The notes under the pieces: model-generated
What the model saw: the letters and a program-made list of their open reading frames with translations, nothing else
What the model was told of the DNA's origin: nothing
Databases searched by the model: none
Part shown: positions 47,860 through 62,489 of the stretch, piece after piece
How the letters are laid out: the number at the start of each line of letters is the position of its first letter
Position numbering within the stretch: position 1 is the stretch's first letter
NCBI RefSeq assembly: GCF_000143415.4
Contig: NW_003314273.1
Coordinates: 1,456,052-1,520,051, forward strand
Reading direction: 5' to 3'
DNA: 64,000 bases
Source: Selaginella moellendorffii
Taxonomy: Eukaryota > Plantae > Lycopodiophyta
Translations under genes and position numbers: made by a program

Positions 47860-50800
47860 GACACGATCCTCCGCAACACCATCTGGTAAAGTAAATCCAT
47901 CACTGCTAAATTTTCATCAAGCGAAGCAAGTGTCCAAAGCCCTTGACAAAGTCTACAAGCAATCACTAGTTGCAAAGCAACCAACAATCACTTGTCTTGC
48001 CTTTCACAAGACCCAAACACTAACTCATGCCATTGAGTTACACACTTGTCCAACATGAACGTAATACCCCAAATATGAGATAAAGGTTCATGGACAAGCA
48101 CAAACTAAATGACCACTCGAATCCAACTCAACCGCGATAAGCTCACCAATGCATTTAGCCACTAGCTCTGAGCATGCCTTGAAGAGGCTAGCTATGCATG
48201 ACCAACACTTAACCGAAACTAAAGCGAAGACCATGAGATGGACTCATATCGGTACACAACCTCCTCATAGACAAAGCTACAGTATGGGTACCAACATCTC
48301 AAACTCAAACAACTAAGTTGAACATCACCATCCTTAGCCAAGGCGCAGGGCCACCAAGACCAAGTGAAGATCAGTGAGAGCTCACTACTCTCATAGAGTC
48401 TAACAAAATGCAAAGTGCAACCTGCCACCAAGCATAACGCTACAAAAGAAAGGCACAAGGGTCACCTTTCTAGAAAAGTGCAACGGCCACTTTTCTACAC
48501 TAACTCTAGACTCTATCCAACTCAATTGCCTTAGCCCCAAAAGTCAGCATCCCTTTCAGGCCGCATTATACAAACTACATACTAAGGTTTAAGCCAACCG
48601 AAGTCAACTCCAACCCCTTCACTAGTTTGTACTGGCTTACGAAAACGGAATGGTTTTCGGACAAAGTGATAACAGATCAGCTATTGGAAAAGTCTAAGAA
48701 AATTTGTGGAAAATTTCCATCCTAGAAAAAGAATGACTCTCAGTCCAGGAATACAAACTTTCAAGACTCAACCAACTTCCTCCTACTAACAACTTCACAT
48801 AGGTTCACCTCAACACAAATTCTCATGACCCATAGTATGCTTAAGCCTCGAACATCTTTTTGCCCATTCTTTCGACATCCAACACTGATATCCGTAAAAA
48901 TGCAAATGGAATATCCAAGGCTTGATCACGAAGACCACATCTTCGGATATCCACATTGCACTAACACTGTTCTTCAATCACCTTCAAGATCCAATGTGAA
49001 GCTAAAACACTAACAAGAAAAAATGACATGGAAAATCAAGCTCTAAGGAAAATTCCTCATTACCCGAAGTAACAATGCCACTTCCACTAACACAAGTGCT
49101 AGTGATGTCAATGCCCCAACTACACACCTTCTCCATCCAACAATCTACTCCAAGTGCTAACGGATCAACTAATGAGCTATAGCAAATGCTACAACCTTTT
49201 CCAACACCACAATGGGCAAACTCAAAAACTAAGGAACCAACTTAAGCTTAGCATAATGGACCACCATTAAGAATCCAGTCAAAGCTACTACAATGCTACT
49301 TCGTGCAAGTAGAGTTAGCTTCACCATCAACAACTTTGGGGTTGATCATCGTTTAACCAAGCAACTTCGTAAACACATTGCTCATTATCACATGGATATG
49401 ATATAAGTATCACAATAACTTGATCATCAATTGAGCAACACCACGAACAATGCCAATGTCATTACTTCAAGGGTTTACATGAATATCAAGTGCCAACTCA
49501 ACTTGACAGAATGCAACATAAATGCCACACTCTACCGATAGAGATTTACAACACCCAACACCACTAACTTTTGTTCACAACACAGACAAGTTCATGCCAC
49601 TCACTATCCGATCAAACTCAAAACTTAACCCAATACCAAGCTACTCAAGGAGCAATAGCTAGGTTCCCCGGAAAAGAATTGAGCATTGCAACCCAAGTCT
49701 TTCAATAGCAAGCCTAGACAAAATGGTATAGCGCTTCACTGCTATCCATCCCATAACTCACCATTTGTAAGACCATCATCTCCAACATGCATCAAGATAG
49801 GGACTCTTGATTGCATGATGTGAACACGAGCAATGAGTCACCCCTCGTTGCAAACCATCTCTCCAAAAGAGAAGATGATTTACGTGTTTGATCCTTCGTC
49901 CCCGACGACTCTCTTTTCGGTCTCATCTTTGACTACACTTCAAGCTTGCGTTCGCACTGCCTTCAGTCCAATCCAAGAAAAGTTTATAAGAGAGCACGGC
50001 AATGATTATTTGAACCAATAGACTAATCCCTACAGTCTTGATTGATCCACTTGTAATCATGCCTAGGAAGGATCTACTAGTGCCGTGCTAAATAGCTACG
50101 GACCAGCTTATTTGCCACTCGTAGCAAACTCAGGGAAGGTTTGCTCTTACCCACGGTACATGGAACAACTCATGGAACCACTAGAACAACTCATGGAACC
50201 ACTGAGAGGCTAACATTAATCCTGCCAACTCAAAATGTAACCTTAAGTTGCTAATGTGCCTTACTCACGAGCCCAAGCGTAAACTCGTGTAACCGGAACA
50301 ACTCAATCCCTTTTGTGAGCCCAAGCTCAAGCTCACAGAATATGGTACAAAAGGTAACCAAAACCATACCCAAGGAACGAATGTGAACCCTTTGCACCAA
50401 ACGTGTACCCACTCGGATCATCGTCTTCATCTCTGCGTATGCAACGAGACTAGTTGCCCAATCTCATTGAATAGTACTCGCTGAGACTCATACCTCTGAT
50501 ACCAAATGTAGCGCACGTGGTTTAACCCTTTATCCTATGGTGATTTACCATAGGATAACACCACGAAGCGGAACCTAAACCCTCTTTGTGCCACGTGACA
50601 GATGCCACGTGTCACATGCCACGTGTCCATGCCACGTGTCCATAGGAACCCGAAGTTCAGGGCCTTGGGCCACTGAACGAAGGAACGGTGCCAAACTCCC
50701 AAGCACGAAGCCAAGGAGTGATGGAACCGAACCACGGAACAACTCCCGAGCATAAAGCCCAAGGAGCGAAGGGACAGGAGCCCGGCGCGACTTGGAACAG

Positions 50801-51650
50801 TTCTGGAGCAACCAGCATCCCAAAGCCAGGACCAGCACACAAAACGGAGCCAAACAGAGTCTGGCGCTATTTCGGCATACCGGTGGCCTAACGTGAGGAC
50901 ATGGGTACTCCACCAACTAGCATGGAATGGAACTTGGGCTTAGACCCAAGCCGGACGCAGAACAAGGACAGGCACGCAAGCGGGAGCTAGACTATGCCTC
51001 AGGTTGGTCGGCCATGCCCGACCTACCCACTATCCCTACTATACATTTGGAACCCCCCACAGCCCCCCCCCTTTGAGGGACACACGCTTTGGGCTTTCAC
51101 CCCAAGCCTCCCTTAGTACCAGGAGTTAGTCTCTGGGACAAGTCCGAAACTTACTAAATATGGAATGTCCTTAGATTGCGAATTTGGACACAGGACGAAC
51201 ACCATTGTGTTCAGGCCGATCTCTACATTCCGTAGATATGTCAAATGAGCTAACCTAGACACTTTCCATAAATAGCATTTGGGACCGAAATGAGACCAAC
51301 ACAAAGGGTATGATAGCGAGGGTGTTTGGCAGACACGGTAAGCTATCATCTAGCGAATATTGAGGGACTAGTCTCAATATCGTGGGGGTTCCCAACACTA
51401 GCAAGTGCAAGTCAACGAATGAGTTTCTCTAACCAGGTCAAGTATGCTTGACAAATAGCACGTAGGAATTCCGTCCTTATGCCCATCTGGTCAAGTGCAC
51501 ACGTGAAGACCAGTTTCTCAACTAGCTTAGGCGGAGACTAATAACGGGCCCAGCAATACCGACCTCCTGCCATCGTGGCAGTAAGGTAAGAGTGTCTGTA
51601 AGGACTGGTCGACAGGTAACTTTCGATACCCGAAGTCACATGCGTGACAC
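47860..51650 (-). mobile_element. LTR family B: 3' internal region, PPT, LTR (50507-51061), PBS(iMet) and non-coding internal region
   Basis: Minus strand: caaag(G)n PPT (~51063-51075), LTR TGTGGGG...GCTACA, then TT and PBS TGGTATCAGAG (50494-50504). Confidence 0.85.
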
Positions 51651-51810
51651 TTATATTATTGGGATTTGTACAATTGCTAGTTAGCAATTGTGTTGATGTT
51701 AAAATGAATTGAATGGGAAGTTGAGTTAGTTATATTCTGGACAAGAATGTTTAATAGGGGTTGAGTTTTAGCTTTTCCTTGAAAAATTATTCAGTCATAG
51801 ACTATGCTAA

Positions 51811-52751
51811 TGTAAGTGACTAATTTTTCCATTCTACTTTAGTCACTTAACCACACCTTCGACCACTTAGAGGAGTCTCACTCACAACCTCTATAAGTCC
51901 TATTCCAGACTTAGGCTTACTAACCCCAAGAATGGCATCCCTACCACTTAAACTTTACATTTGGCCCAAGTGCTCCATGTGTCCGATCCCATGACCGACA
52001 CCCTAAGGTACCACTGACATATCAGCCCATTACACTAAGGCCATGCCCCTTCACTTTGGTCACAGCGATAGTCTAACGCCACTTGCATCACAGTCCCGTC
52101 TCTCAAAGATTGGGCCATCCATCCATGAGTGATCATCCCAGATTCACTCCTTAGCATCCTTAGGATGCCTGTAGGCATGGGGAATAGCCTTCCCCAATAT
52201 CCCTTTTTGTTCACAGCTGTGTTTGCCAACATTGCCACTAAATCAAGGCCCATAGGCCCGACCACTAAGTCCCATGGTCCTTTGGGACTTCCTCCTCCCA
52301 TGACCGTATCCTTGGTCTCTACACCAAAGGACTGCTCCTCTTCCTTTTCACAATCTGGGACTTTGGGACAACATTTCGGAACACCATGGCCCTGCACGAG
52401 CCTCATGGGTACTCTCCCCGCCTTCCACCTTTGGGTGCTCTAGCCATGGGCTTAGAGCGAGGTTCCGTTGAGCTACACTAGGTATCCAAGTAGGTAGTGC
52501 CACCCACATTTAGACTGGGAGCATCGACCATTCGATCTCCTGGGGGAACTAAAGCCGACTTTTGAACACTTCACCAAGCTACCCTGCTTGTCGGTCCTTA
52601 TTCACTCTAGCCTTAGACTTCCTAATGGTCATCCCATCACCCAACAGCTGGGTATGGCCTTCCTAGGCCAAACTAGCCTTTCCTGGCCAAACTGGCTCCA
52701 CGGGGCTCCAACCCCCACACTCTCCCTACTATACTTTTGGAACCCCCCGCA
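51811..52751 (-). mobile_element. LTR family A, complete ~940-bp LTR preceded by PPT
   Basis: TG..CA termini (minus strand: TGCGGGGGGTTCC...CACTTACA). Poly-C PPT at 52753-52770; repeat array at 52825-53035. Confidence 0.88.
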
Positions 52752-55700
52752 GCCCCCCCCCCCCCCTCCTCGGGGGACGATCGCTTTGGGCTTTCACCCA
52801 ACAGCCTGTATTAGTATGTATTAGTATTCGGACTCGGACTTGGACTCAGTCTCGGTCTTGGACTCGGACTCGGTCCTAGTCTTAGTCTCAGTCTTAGTCT
52901 CAATCTCGGTTCCATCTCGAACTCCATCTCAGACTTCATCCTGGGTCCATCTCGGACTCCATCTCGAGTCCATCTTGGACTCCATCTCAGGTCCATCTTA
53001 GACTCCCTCTTTGGTCTATCTCGAACTCCTCCAGATGTCATGTCTTGGAACTCTTGTGTCCCTTTTCTAGAGACTCACTTATTGCTCACTTCGTACTTGT
53101 TCCTCTTTGAGGTATTCTTTTGGTTCCATGGCAAAAGTTCCACTTTATTAAGTCTAGAGGGTGCTCACCCCTAGTAAGTCTTTTTAGCATTCTTTGGTAA
53201 GGGCTCTATCCATAGCCCAACTTGCGACCCTTTCATGGGTCTTTCCTAGAGACAACTTTCTTTTGACTCACTATGCCATCATATTGACACAATTCATTTC
53301 CCTTTTGGTATCTTTCCTACTTGTTCACTTTGACCAAGTTATGCCATTACCAATAGTTCAAATCATCATTTTGAACTAGGAATTTTATTCCTTAACCAAA
53401 CAAGGACGTTGTCCTTATTTAGCCACAAGATCACCTAGTGATCTCACCTTGGTCACCTTGACAGGTTTGTCAATAGGTACTAGGTCTTCCAGACCTTTAA
53501 ATTGTTTGACCATGACCTTGGGGGCATCCCCCACACTTGGTGGTGCACCCAAGTTAGCCCTTCTGGCCAAGGGTCTATAGCAACTGAGACTGAGTGTCCC
53601 CATATCCTTCACCACGTGCTTGGTGGCACACTAAAGTGTTCAAGTTAGGTATGCCAAGCCACACTAAGCAATCTAACCGTGTATCACGACTCCGGGGCAT
53701 CGCCGCTTGGCAGTGTGCCCAAGCCAGTCTCCTTACTGAGAGTCCATGACCACTAAAAAATGAGTGTCCTTATATTCCAAACCATCACCGTGCTGTAGTG
53801 AGTTGGGACTCAAACCCAAGCACTAGTGGGACCGACTCCACCGGCCCGCACCATTGTGATGGCTTTGACGCTGGGTTTTTGCGTGAGTGGGCAACATTCG
53901 TAGCTCGGTTCGCAATGGGACTTGAACCATTGGAAAGATTGCGTGAATCCACCCGTTTCCATAGAAATGGATCCAAATTTCATTGCTCCACCGTCCCACA
54001 CCATTGAGATGGGTTTTGTGCCGTTCCCGTTGCCATATCTCGTGGGCCATGCACCCCCTTTCGCTCTTGAGCACATGGGAGCAACCGGGGCGGTGCGTGC
54101 AACTGGCCATGTTGCCAAGTAAATTTTTCCATGTCCTGAATGCCTGCTTTTGCGGTTTTTCCCATGGGAGAAGATGCATCCCACGTGGCAATCCGTGTGC
54201 CCACTTGCGCTCTAGCAGCAATGGGGCCAGCCGGCGTGATGCCCCGATCGCAGCTGTGCCAACGGATTGCGGGCCCCATGCGTGGGCTGCTGTCGGGAGC
54301 GCATCTCACTCTTGAGGAAAACACTGCACTAGCGCTTGGGCCTACACTGAAATGCGACCCCAGGAGTGCCGTTGCAAAGCCCGTGTCAAGGGCCTCGATC
54401 TGAATTGGCTGGCCCCCCCATGCCGTGCTGGCACCATGTGTGCCTTGTCGAAAACGGCATCCGGCAGAGGAGTCTCCCAGATAGAGCAGTCCCAGGGGTT
54501 GGATAGTGAGAAGTATGAGGCACAAGCGATAGAGGATCTCACAGAGGAAATACAGAGAGGAACAAAGGAGACGATGGCCCGGGTAGAAGAAACTCTTAAG
54601 TTCCTCAAGGGGATGGAAGTGGCCAACATGCCCAAGATAAGGGAGCCACGAGCAGTAGTCGGAGGTGCCCCAGTCAGCTCAGTTCGATCAGTGTGTAAAT
54701 ACAAGATTAACCAAGTTGGAGTAGACAAAGGTTCAGGCTCGAGCGGGGCCAGGGAGGACTCGCAATCCACTAAAGACACTTGTTGGGCGGAAACATAGAA
54801 GGACAAGGTCAAGGGAAGGTTGAGCCCCAAATGGACAAGGAGCCTAGGGAGGCTGGCAAAGAAGGTATGGGCAAAGGAGGAGGATGTGAGAAGTCCCTTA
54901 AGGCTGGGTGTATTGGAGCAGAATGCGGGGCTAAGCCTCGTAATTCCAGTGGAGAAAGAACCAGTGGAACAACACCAGCTGCTGGGAAATGCAACTCTAA
55001 GGACTCACTTGGGAGCCCTAGATGTAGGGGAAATGGCAACACCGAATCGGGAGATGAAAGGTGGCGAAGGCTCTTGGACAACAACACCACGTAAGCAAGG
55101 GAGAGTCACGCACGAGCGAAGTGAGACAAGCCGAGCAAGGGCAAAAGCAGGAAAAGAGGACAAGCAGGGGAGTGTGGTGTCCCCCACCACATAGCTTAGG
55201 GTGGAATGAGGGCCCTATCCAACACCACATACCCTGAGACGGGAGACAAGGGACAACCTTGAAATGTAGAAGAGCTCGAACAAGCAGGAAGGGAGAGAAA
55301 ACACCCTAGGTGACAACGTCCTGCCACTAGATTAGGCGAACATTAGAGACAGGAGCATTGTGGTATCACTCAGCCACAAGTTTGCCCACAGATATCTCTC
55401 AGACCTCAGAAACAGACTGAAGGAGCCGGAGATGTAGTCAACCGCAAAATTGGTGGGATGTCAACCAAAGACCAAGTCTCATACGAGGACAGTCGATGTA
55501 CAGGGGTGCATGCCATGCTTGTCCAACGTAGGAGAGCTGCGTTGGTGTCCGAGGGACTTCAAGCTGAAGCTTAGTAGGTACTCCACAGAGGATCTCATCC
55601 TCCACCAGGACATCCTCATGGCAGAAATCTGGCACCAAGAGACGAATGTACTCGGGGAGGACCTAGTGCTGGGCCCAGCATATGGGGAAGCCTTCCACCT

Positions 55701-57499
55701 AGTCGTGGACGAGATGGAGAACATGAAGAATCTGGACAAGGCAAAACTGCTAATCCCGGAAGCAAGGGTGGCCACCCGAGACGGACAAGGGAAAGATACC
55801 CAAGAAGAGCAACAAAAGTGTAGAGACATAGATAAGCCTCTCGCAGAGCTGCTTGAGTACCAGGAGAGGGAAATGCAACAAATGAGAGAAGAGGCCCAAA
55901 ATGAGTGCAAGAAGAACAAAAAAGAAAAGAAAAAGGAACGCAAGGTGGCGAGGAGAAAGTTGAAGGTGTGGAGCAAGGAGCAAGAAAGGACAGAGTGGAC
56001 AGAAGCAGTGGAAGAGATCCTACAACTAGAGGATTCACCAGCTCATAAGAAGAAGCAAGTTTCCAGGAAGGGTGGCAAGGTGATCAAGAAGAAAACAGGA
56101 GACCTGTCTGAAAGGGAGGAAGTTGAGTGCCCCAAACTATAGTCAGAAAGGAAAGGAGAAAACATAGGGAGAGATGACCAGTCTAAGGACCCTGAGAGAT
56201 CCAAGGACCAAGACACTGATGCAAGACAGAACAAGAAGGAGGGTATGCATGGAAGTGGAGACGGCCTAGAGACAAAGATTAAATGTGCAGGTCCCCAGCA
56301 ATGGAAGGGTAATGTAGAACAGCATAACTAAATCAGTGCAGCTGCAGGATCACTAGCAGCAAGTAGTGACGGCCAAGGAAGCAGAGCTGAAACTAAAAGC
56401 AACTATCGCAGTCTTCCGAGGCAGCTTCCCAACAAGGCGCCTAGCCATTGACTAGCTCAACGCATCGCTGGAGAAAGGGATCATGGTCTAGAAGCTACTC
56501 CTTCATGGTAAAGGGTGCTACACAGTTGTGTTTGAGGATGAGGAGGCGAGAAGACAAGCGGAGGAGCTACATGGAGTGATTGACAGCCATTGGGCTGTGT
56601 CTTTCCACCCCTGGGTCCCAAGGTTCACAGCAGAAGAACAAGCACAACTGAAAGGAGGGAGATTTCCACTCAATATTGCACTCTGGGACGTCCTGATGGA
56701 GATGAGAACGCAAGAAGTGGTGAAAGAGTTGGTGGAAAGCAGCATTGGGAATATTGCTTCAGGGCTGGAAACCGTGGAAGCTGGAGGAGTGTTAGGGCCG
56801 ATCAGACTTAAAGTTTTTGTAGACTCTCCGGCAGAGACCCCAATGGAGCTGGCTGTCTTAGGACAATACATCAGGGTCCAAACAGAAGTCATAGAAAGAA
56901 GATGCAGGATCTGCCATTAGCTGGGCCACCAAGAGGCGGCATGCACAGCGAGGATGGGGAAACTGGCCTTGGAACGACCGTTTGAACTTCCAGTGGAGGA
57001 AGAAAAGGTGCTGCTACAACGAGAACCAACTTGCGCCCCACACTTCAGGTTCTCGATGGCCCCACCTGTAGCAGGATCTGGCTCCAAGCGCAAGCTCTTT
57101 GAAGGTCCCCCAGGTGAAACCAGCGTGGAAGGCTTCCAGACAGTACTCCCTAAAATAGTGAACTTGGCGATTTGATGGATTCCCCCAAAGAGAGAGCTAG
57201 CAATGATAGAGGCAGGAGACTGGCTGGTCCAGCGAGGGAATGTGACATTCCCAGAAATAGTAGCTCCCGGGGACTATGGAGCGAGCAATAACAAAATGGA
57301 TAGGATTTGCAAAATACATGGTGCGGGGATTCTCTTGGGCTAGACACCGAGGGAAGCCAACAGCAGTGTGGACCATATCCACAGAGTGGAGGGTGCAGCC
57401 AAGCACCAACAGGTTCTCCTGAAAGTATGTTGCACCATGACGACCCTGACATTCTTGACTTGGAACTGCACGGACAACAGGACTGTTCCACGGACAACA

Positions 57500-60400
57500 G
57501 GCTCCACAAAAAAATCCAACTCAAGTCGCATGTAAGGGAGTTGGGACTGGAAGGCGGGATAGACTTCCTATGTATCCAGGAACACAAGATGGATGCCGAA
57601 CCGGACTACAACTTTGGCATGAGAGGGAAAACATGGTGGAACACAGCGGTAACAGCTCGGTCCAGGCCAGGGGGTGGCACAGCCATCGTGGTCTCCACCA
57701 GATGGTCAGCGCAAGCAAGGGATCATGAAGTGTTGGTGCCGGGGAGGGTGCAGCTCCTGGTGCAAAGCCTGCACTTTTGACGAGTGGGGATCCTAAACAT
57801 CTACGCCCATGCTCGGACCCTCTTCTAGTAAGAACTTTGAGTGAAAGCAAGAGGTCGGGCAGAGCATTGGCTGGTCCTAGGGGATTTCGACATGGTGGAA
57901 AATGCAAAAGATAGGAGGGGAGGCCAAGAGACCATCCATGGCTGGGAACAATTGCAATGGCTGGCATTGGCAGGGCAGTTGGACCTCGTGGACCTTCAGC
58001 ACGTGGAAGGATTTGCCCCCCATGCACACCCTTATACCCGTCGGGAGTCAACAAGCTGTCAGTCACGACTGAACAAGGTTTACACTTTCCCTAGAGTGAG
58101 ACAAGACGGTGGGAGTCTTAAGACATGGCCATGTTTCCCCTCATTTTTGGACCATGACCCAATCCGGTGCACAATCAAGCTCCAGAAAGACAAAGGTAAA
58201 GCAGTGTAGTGAGCCATCTCGACCTATATCCTGGAGGATGCAAAGGCAGCGGCACAAGTTAGCCGGATTTTGGAGGGAAGTGAATTGGTGCTCACCACAG
58301 TACCGCTGAGAGAGAGACAGCGGGCGATAAAGGGTGAAGTAATGAAGGAGCTGCGATTAGCAAGGAAGAAGGTGGCGGCAGCCCAGAGGATGGTGCTGAC
58401 GGCCAAGGACGCAAGAAGGTGGCAAGCGGCCCTGGAATAGAGGGAGGCAGAGCTATAGGAGAGAGAATTCACGGCCTGGAGCTCCAGGGTTCGTACTCAG
58501 GAGGACTCATGGGCTGTAAACAAGCGGCTGCTGAACAAGGCATTCTATAGAGGCATTCGCCCAGTCTCAAACTCACCACCCATTCTTGGTCTTAAGGCAA
58601 AGGACGGAAAGTTGGTAGAGGACCAACAAGGCATGCAGGAATTGGCGCAAAAGTTCTACGAACGGTTGTACACAGCACAACTAGGGACTACAGTCAGAGC
58701 CCGGGCAGCGAAGAAGGTACTAAAGGCACTGCTGCACAAAGTCCCACAGGAATGGAACAAACAACTTGCAGTAGATCTCACGAGGGAGGACCTTTGCAAG
58801 GACTTGGACAGACTGAGTGACGACAAAATGCCCGGGATAGATGGACTGCCCTTGAGATTCTTTCAGAACAACTGGGAGGTGATTGGCCTACTGATGATGG
58901 ATGCCTGGACGAAGGCACAGCAAGCAGGGCAGCTCCCAGCGGAGATACTGGAGGGCTAGATTGCACTACTCCTAAAGAGAAGGGACCTACAAGAGCTGCA
59001 TAACTGAAGACCAATAGCAATACTCACCATGGCGTATAAAACTATGCCAAGGCGATGGCACTTAAACTGCAACCGGTGATGCCCATCATTATTCGGGAAC
59101 AACAAACAGGTTTTGTGCCAGGGAGGCAGATCGCACCTATCTCCTGGCCCAAAGGTGGGCAAAGTCCTTAAGATAGAATGCGGTGGTGTGGTTACTGGAT
59201 TTCAAGAAGGCTTATGACTGGGTGGACTGGGACTTCCTGGAGGACTGTATGAGACGGATAGGAATCCTAGTGCCCATGGTAGCACGCATTGCTCTCCTAT
59301 ACCGGGGAGCCTTAAGCAGGGTGGTCATCAATGGTGAAACAGGTCCACGGTTTCGGTTAGAGAGGATGGTGCAACAAGGCTGCCTATTGGTTCCGTACCT
59401 CTTTCTCATTGTTGCAGAGGCTTTAGGAGCATTCCTGGCGGAAGGTGAAGAAATCAGGGGCGTGGAGCTACCCAAGGAAAGGCAGCAACTCCCTGGAACA
59501 CAAGCGGTGGGAAGGGACCTGCTAGATAGTGTGTTTGCGGATGATATAATACTCTTTCTGCTAGGTACCAAGGCTAACCTGGATGCTGCAAGGACCAGGC
59601 TAGAGACCTTCAACACAGCAGCAGGAGCAACCATCAACTGGAACAAGTCAGTAGGAATCAACTGGGGTGGATCTGACATCGAGGAGTGGGGACGCAATTT
59701 CAACTTTCAGTGGCTAACACCAGAAGAGGACACACGATACTTGGGAATTCAGGTAGGAGGTGAGTTCAAAGCTTCTATGCAGAACTCAGCGCTGCTGCAG
59801 AGGACCAGAATGACAATTCAGAAATGGGCGCCACGGAAACTAGGATTGCCGGCAAGGGTGGTGGTGGCAAAAAGCATCGTGCTGCCATGTACATGGTACC
59901 ACCTTTTAGCATGCCTGGTTCTAGAGACAACAATCAAACATATAAGGTCCATGGTGCCACGTATGTGTGGAAGGGAGTGCTGGTCAGTGGCCGGACAATG
60001 GCCAAGGTGGCATGGCAGTCAACGGCGAGACCACGAGTTTTAGGCGGCTTAGGGATAATCGACCCAAGCGACATGAGCAAGGCATTGAGGTACAAAGTCA
60101 TACTAATGGGCCTTCAACCGGGGGCCCAAGCCTAGAAGCTTCTTTTCAGGCAGAGCATGCTGCCCATCAGATTGAAGCATGGATTCACAAGAGTTTGGGG
60201 CGAGGTGGGGACTTCGTGGCAATTCAAAGGGAGGAATCGCCGGATGGCAAACAGGTGTCACTTGGAAAATGGACTCGGGCTTTCACAATGCCGACCCCAT
60301 TATGGAATGAGGGGGAGACTGAGGTGTGGTTTATGACAGACCCAGACCAAAACCTCGGCTGGCCTTTTCAAATAGTGCAAGGTGACACACTCCTCAAGGC

Positions 60401-61300
60401 AGAGGGTATTCAGCAGATGCTGCAGGTCATGGATGATGAACTAAAAGGACGAATCCAGGTTCTACGACAAACAGCAACTTGGACAGAAGTGGTAGAGTCA
60501 CCATGCTGGCTAGAAGGAGATGGACGATAGAAGACTTGGACTGGGACCCAGCAGCGTGGAGACACGGGGCGAACGGCTTCTTCACTTATGAGGTTAAGGA
60601 CGCACGGATAGGACTGATGGTGAACAGGGAATTTGAGAGAGAAGAAATCCCATGACTGTGGCAAAAGTGGATCGTGCTAGGAGTGGAGGCTGACCAGGTG
60701 ATTGACAACATTGTGGCGTTCTAGAAACTACCGATCCAGGAAAAATCAAAGGTAACCTCTTGGCTCGTAGCGATGAATGGGCTGCCAGTAGGCTAGTGGT
60801 TTCAAGCGGAGAATGCTCGTAGGTGTTCGGAATGTGGGGAACTGGAGACAGTCACACACCTCCTCTAGGAATGTGATATGGCCAAGGAGACGTGGAGGCA
60901 GGTAGCAAACGCGACGAGGGAACTAGGGAGCAAGTAGGATTTTGAAATTTGAGAAGGGGATGTCACCCAATGGTTCCCAGAGGCAAGGGAGCCATGCACA
61001 GGACCAGCTTGGCGAAAGATTGGGTGTTGGGGACACTCAGGATGGGGCACTCGAGTTAGGAGGGATTCGGTAGGAGCTGAAATCGGGACCACAATGTGGG
61101 AGGCCCTTGGATAGACGAGATGGGAGGTATGGCAGGCTTTCAGGGTACAGGCACTCTGGGAGCCTCGGAACCACAACCACTTCAAAGGGCAGAGTGCTTG
61201 GATTTCAGCGATCATGGCGAATTGGTGGAGGCTCACACTGGCTGCTATCCGCTTGAGGGATACGCTGCTCTAGAAGCACAGAAAAAACAGGGAGGCACTC
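57500..61300 (+). pseudogene. LINE ORF2 (endonuclease, reverse transcriptase, zf-RVT), fragmented
   Basis: Motifs as listed for the LINE, spread across ORFs 57307-57780, 57841-58209, 58612-58959, 59183-60043 and 59824-60135. Confidence 0.9.
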
Positions 61301-61379
61301 ACAGCTTGGAGATGACTATGGACTCCGTGCTATGGAATAGAACGAGGGGGAGGTCAAGTGGAAATGGAGACCACCGGAT

Positions 61380-61565
61380 CTTGAGTTTGGACTTCCCAGG
61401 AGGTCACCTAGCCCAGTACTATTCAAACCCAAGGACGCTTAACTCCAACTATCCCAAGACCCTTAACCGATGGGAAAAGGGGGTGCACTCTTATTCATGG
61501 GCCCTTTCCCTCTATATTTGAACCCCATGGATCGTCTCTCAAGTCGTTCCCTTTGGTTGCTTACA
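61380..61565 (-). mobile_element. Cassandra-like LTR with 5S rRNA-derived segment (one end clipped)
   Basis: Near-identical to 63289-63473; the reverse complement contains gttaagcgtccttgggtttgaatagtactgggctaggtgacctcctgggaagtcc. Confidence 0.8.
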
Positions 61566-62489
61566 ATCCATAGTAACAAAGGAGGCTCAATATGGCGATT
61601 TGGCACTGAATGCACTGCGGAGGCGACAACCACAGCAGCCACAATTGGAGGGCTGTAGTCACTATTAGGTGGAGAATTGCATGATAGCGTAGTTAAGTGA
61701 ATAGCGCTAAGGGCAACTTGTTTTTTGTATTAGTCCCAAAGGGATTTGGAGAAATGTACATACATGTTGCATCGAACCCAAGCACTAGAGGGTTGGGACT
61801 CAAACCCAACCTCCGTATATGCATCTACGGACGGCATCACCCAGGATGCCTGGCATGACTCCCCACGCCGGTGCACCAACTTATACTTAAAGCGCTTTAT
61901 CGATCACATCTTAGGAACCTAGTTCTTCCGCACTTCCAAGCCCTCTCACTTGACAAGTCCGTGATCATGCATAGACTCCTCCATGCTTGGCCCCATGGGC
62001 CACCCCTTTTGAAGTTAGCACCTTCAGTTAGGGGATTTGTTCCCTTGACTTGCCAATCTCGCTTAGCAAGTCATCTGACCAACATAACATGGTTTCATGC
62101 ATAAGAGTGAAAATCCTTGACCATCGACTTTCGTTCAAAACCATCCCTTTAAACACTTTGGAACTACTTCCCTAACCTTGATAGCATTGCTTTATAGGAA
62201 GCTTCAAGACCACATTTCTGCTGTGCCACTCTAATTTCATGCGTTCTATAAACCATCTACACTTGGCTTTCTAGGTACTAAGTTACCTAGAATTGTCTTT
62301 GGGTACTTTGAAGGAATTTTGTCCCTTATTTTGTTAAGGCCTCTCTTTTTGCAAGCTTTCTAATTGCCATATGGTCTAACATGGACAATTCCATGCTTTA
62401 GACTCTTCATGATATCACGGTTGTTATTAACAACATGCTTTAGCACCCACTTGATTCTCCACTCCCCACTTGCCTAACCACTCTTCGTA

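Larger units (their letters stand above)
53827..61771 (+). mobile_element. Full-length-like degenerate L1-clade LINE (~7.9 kb)
   Basis: 17-bp TSD tc(a/g)aacccaagcactag at 53810-53826 and 61772-61788; the empty site is seen at ~42100. ORF1 zinc knuckle CRICH*LGH...C (~56905), APE endonuclease (FLCIQEHK, WLVLGDFD, DHDPI), RT (KMPGIDGLP, LLDFKKAYDWVDW, QQGCLL.PYLF, FADD, RYLGI, GGLGI) and a C-terminal CSECGELETVTHLL*EC. Confidence 0.92.
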
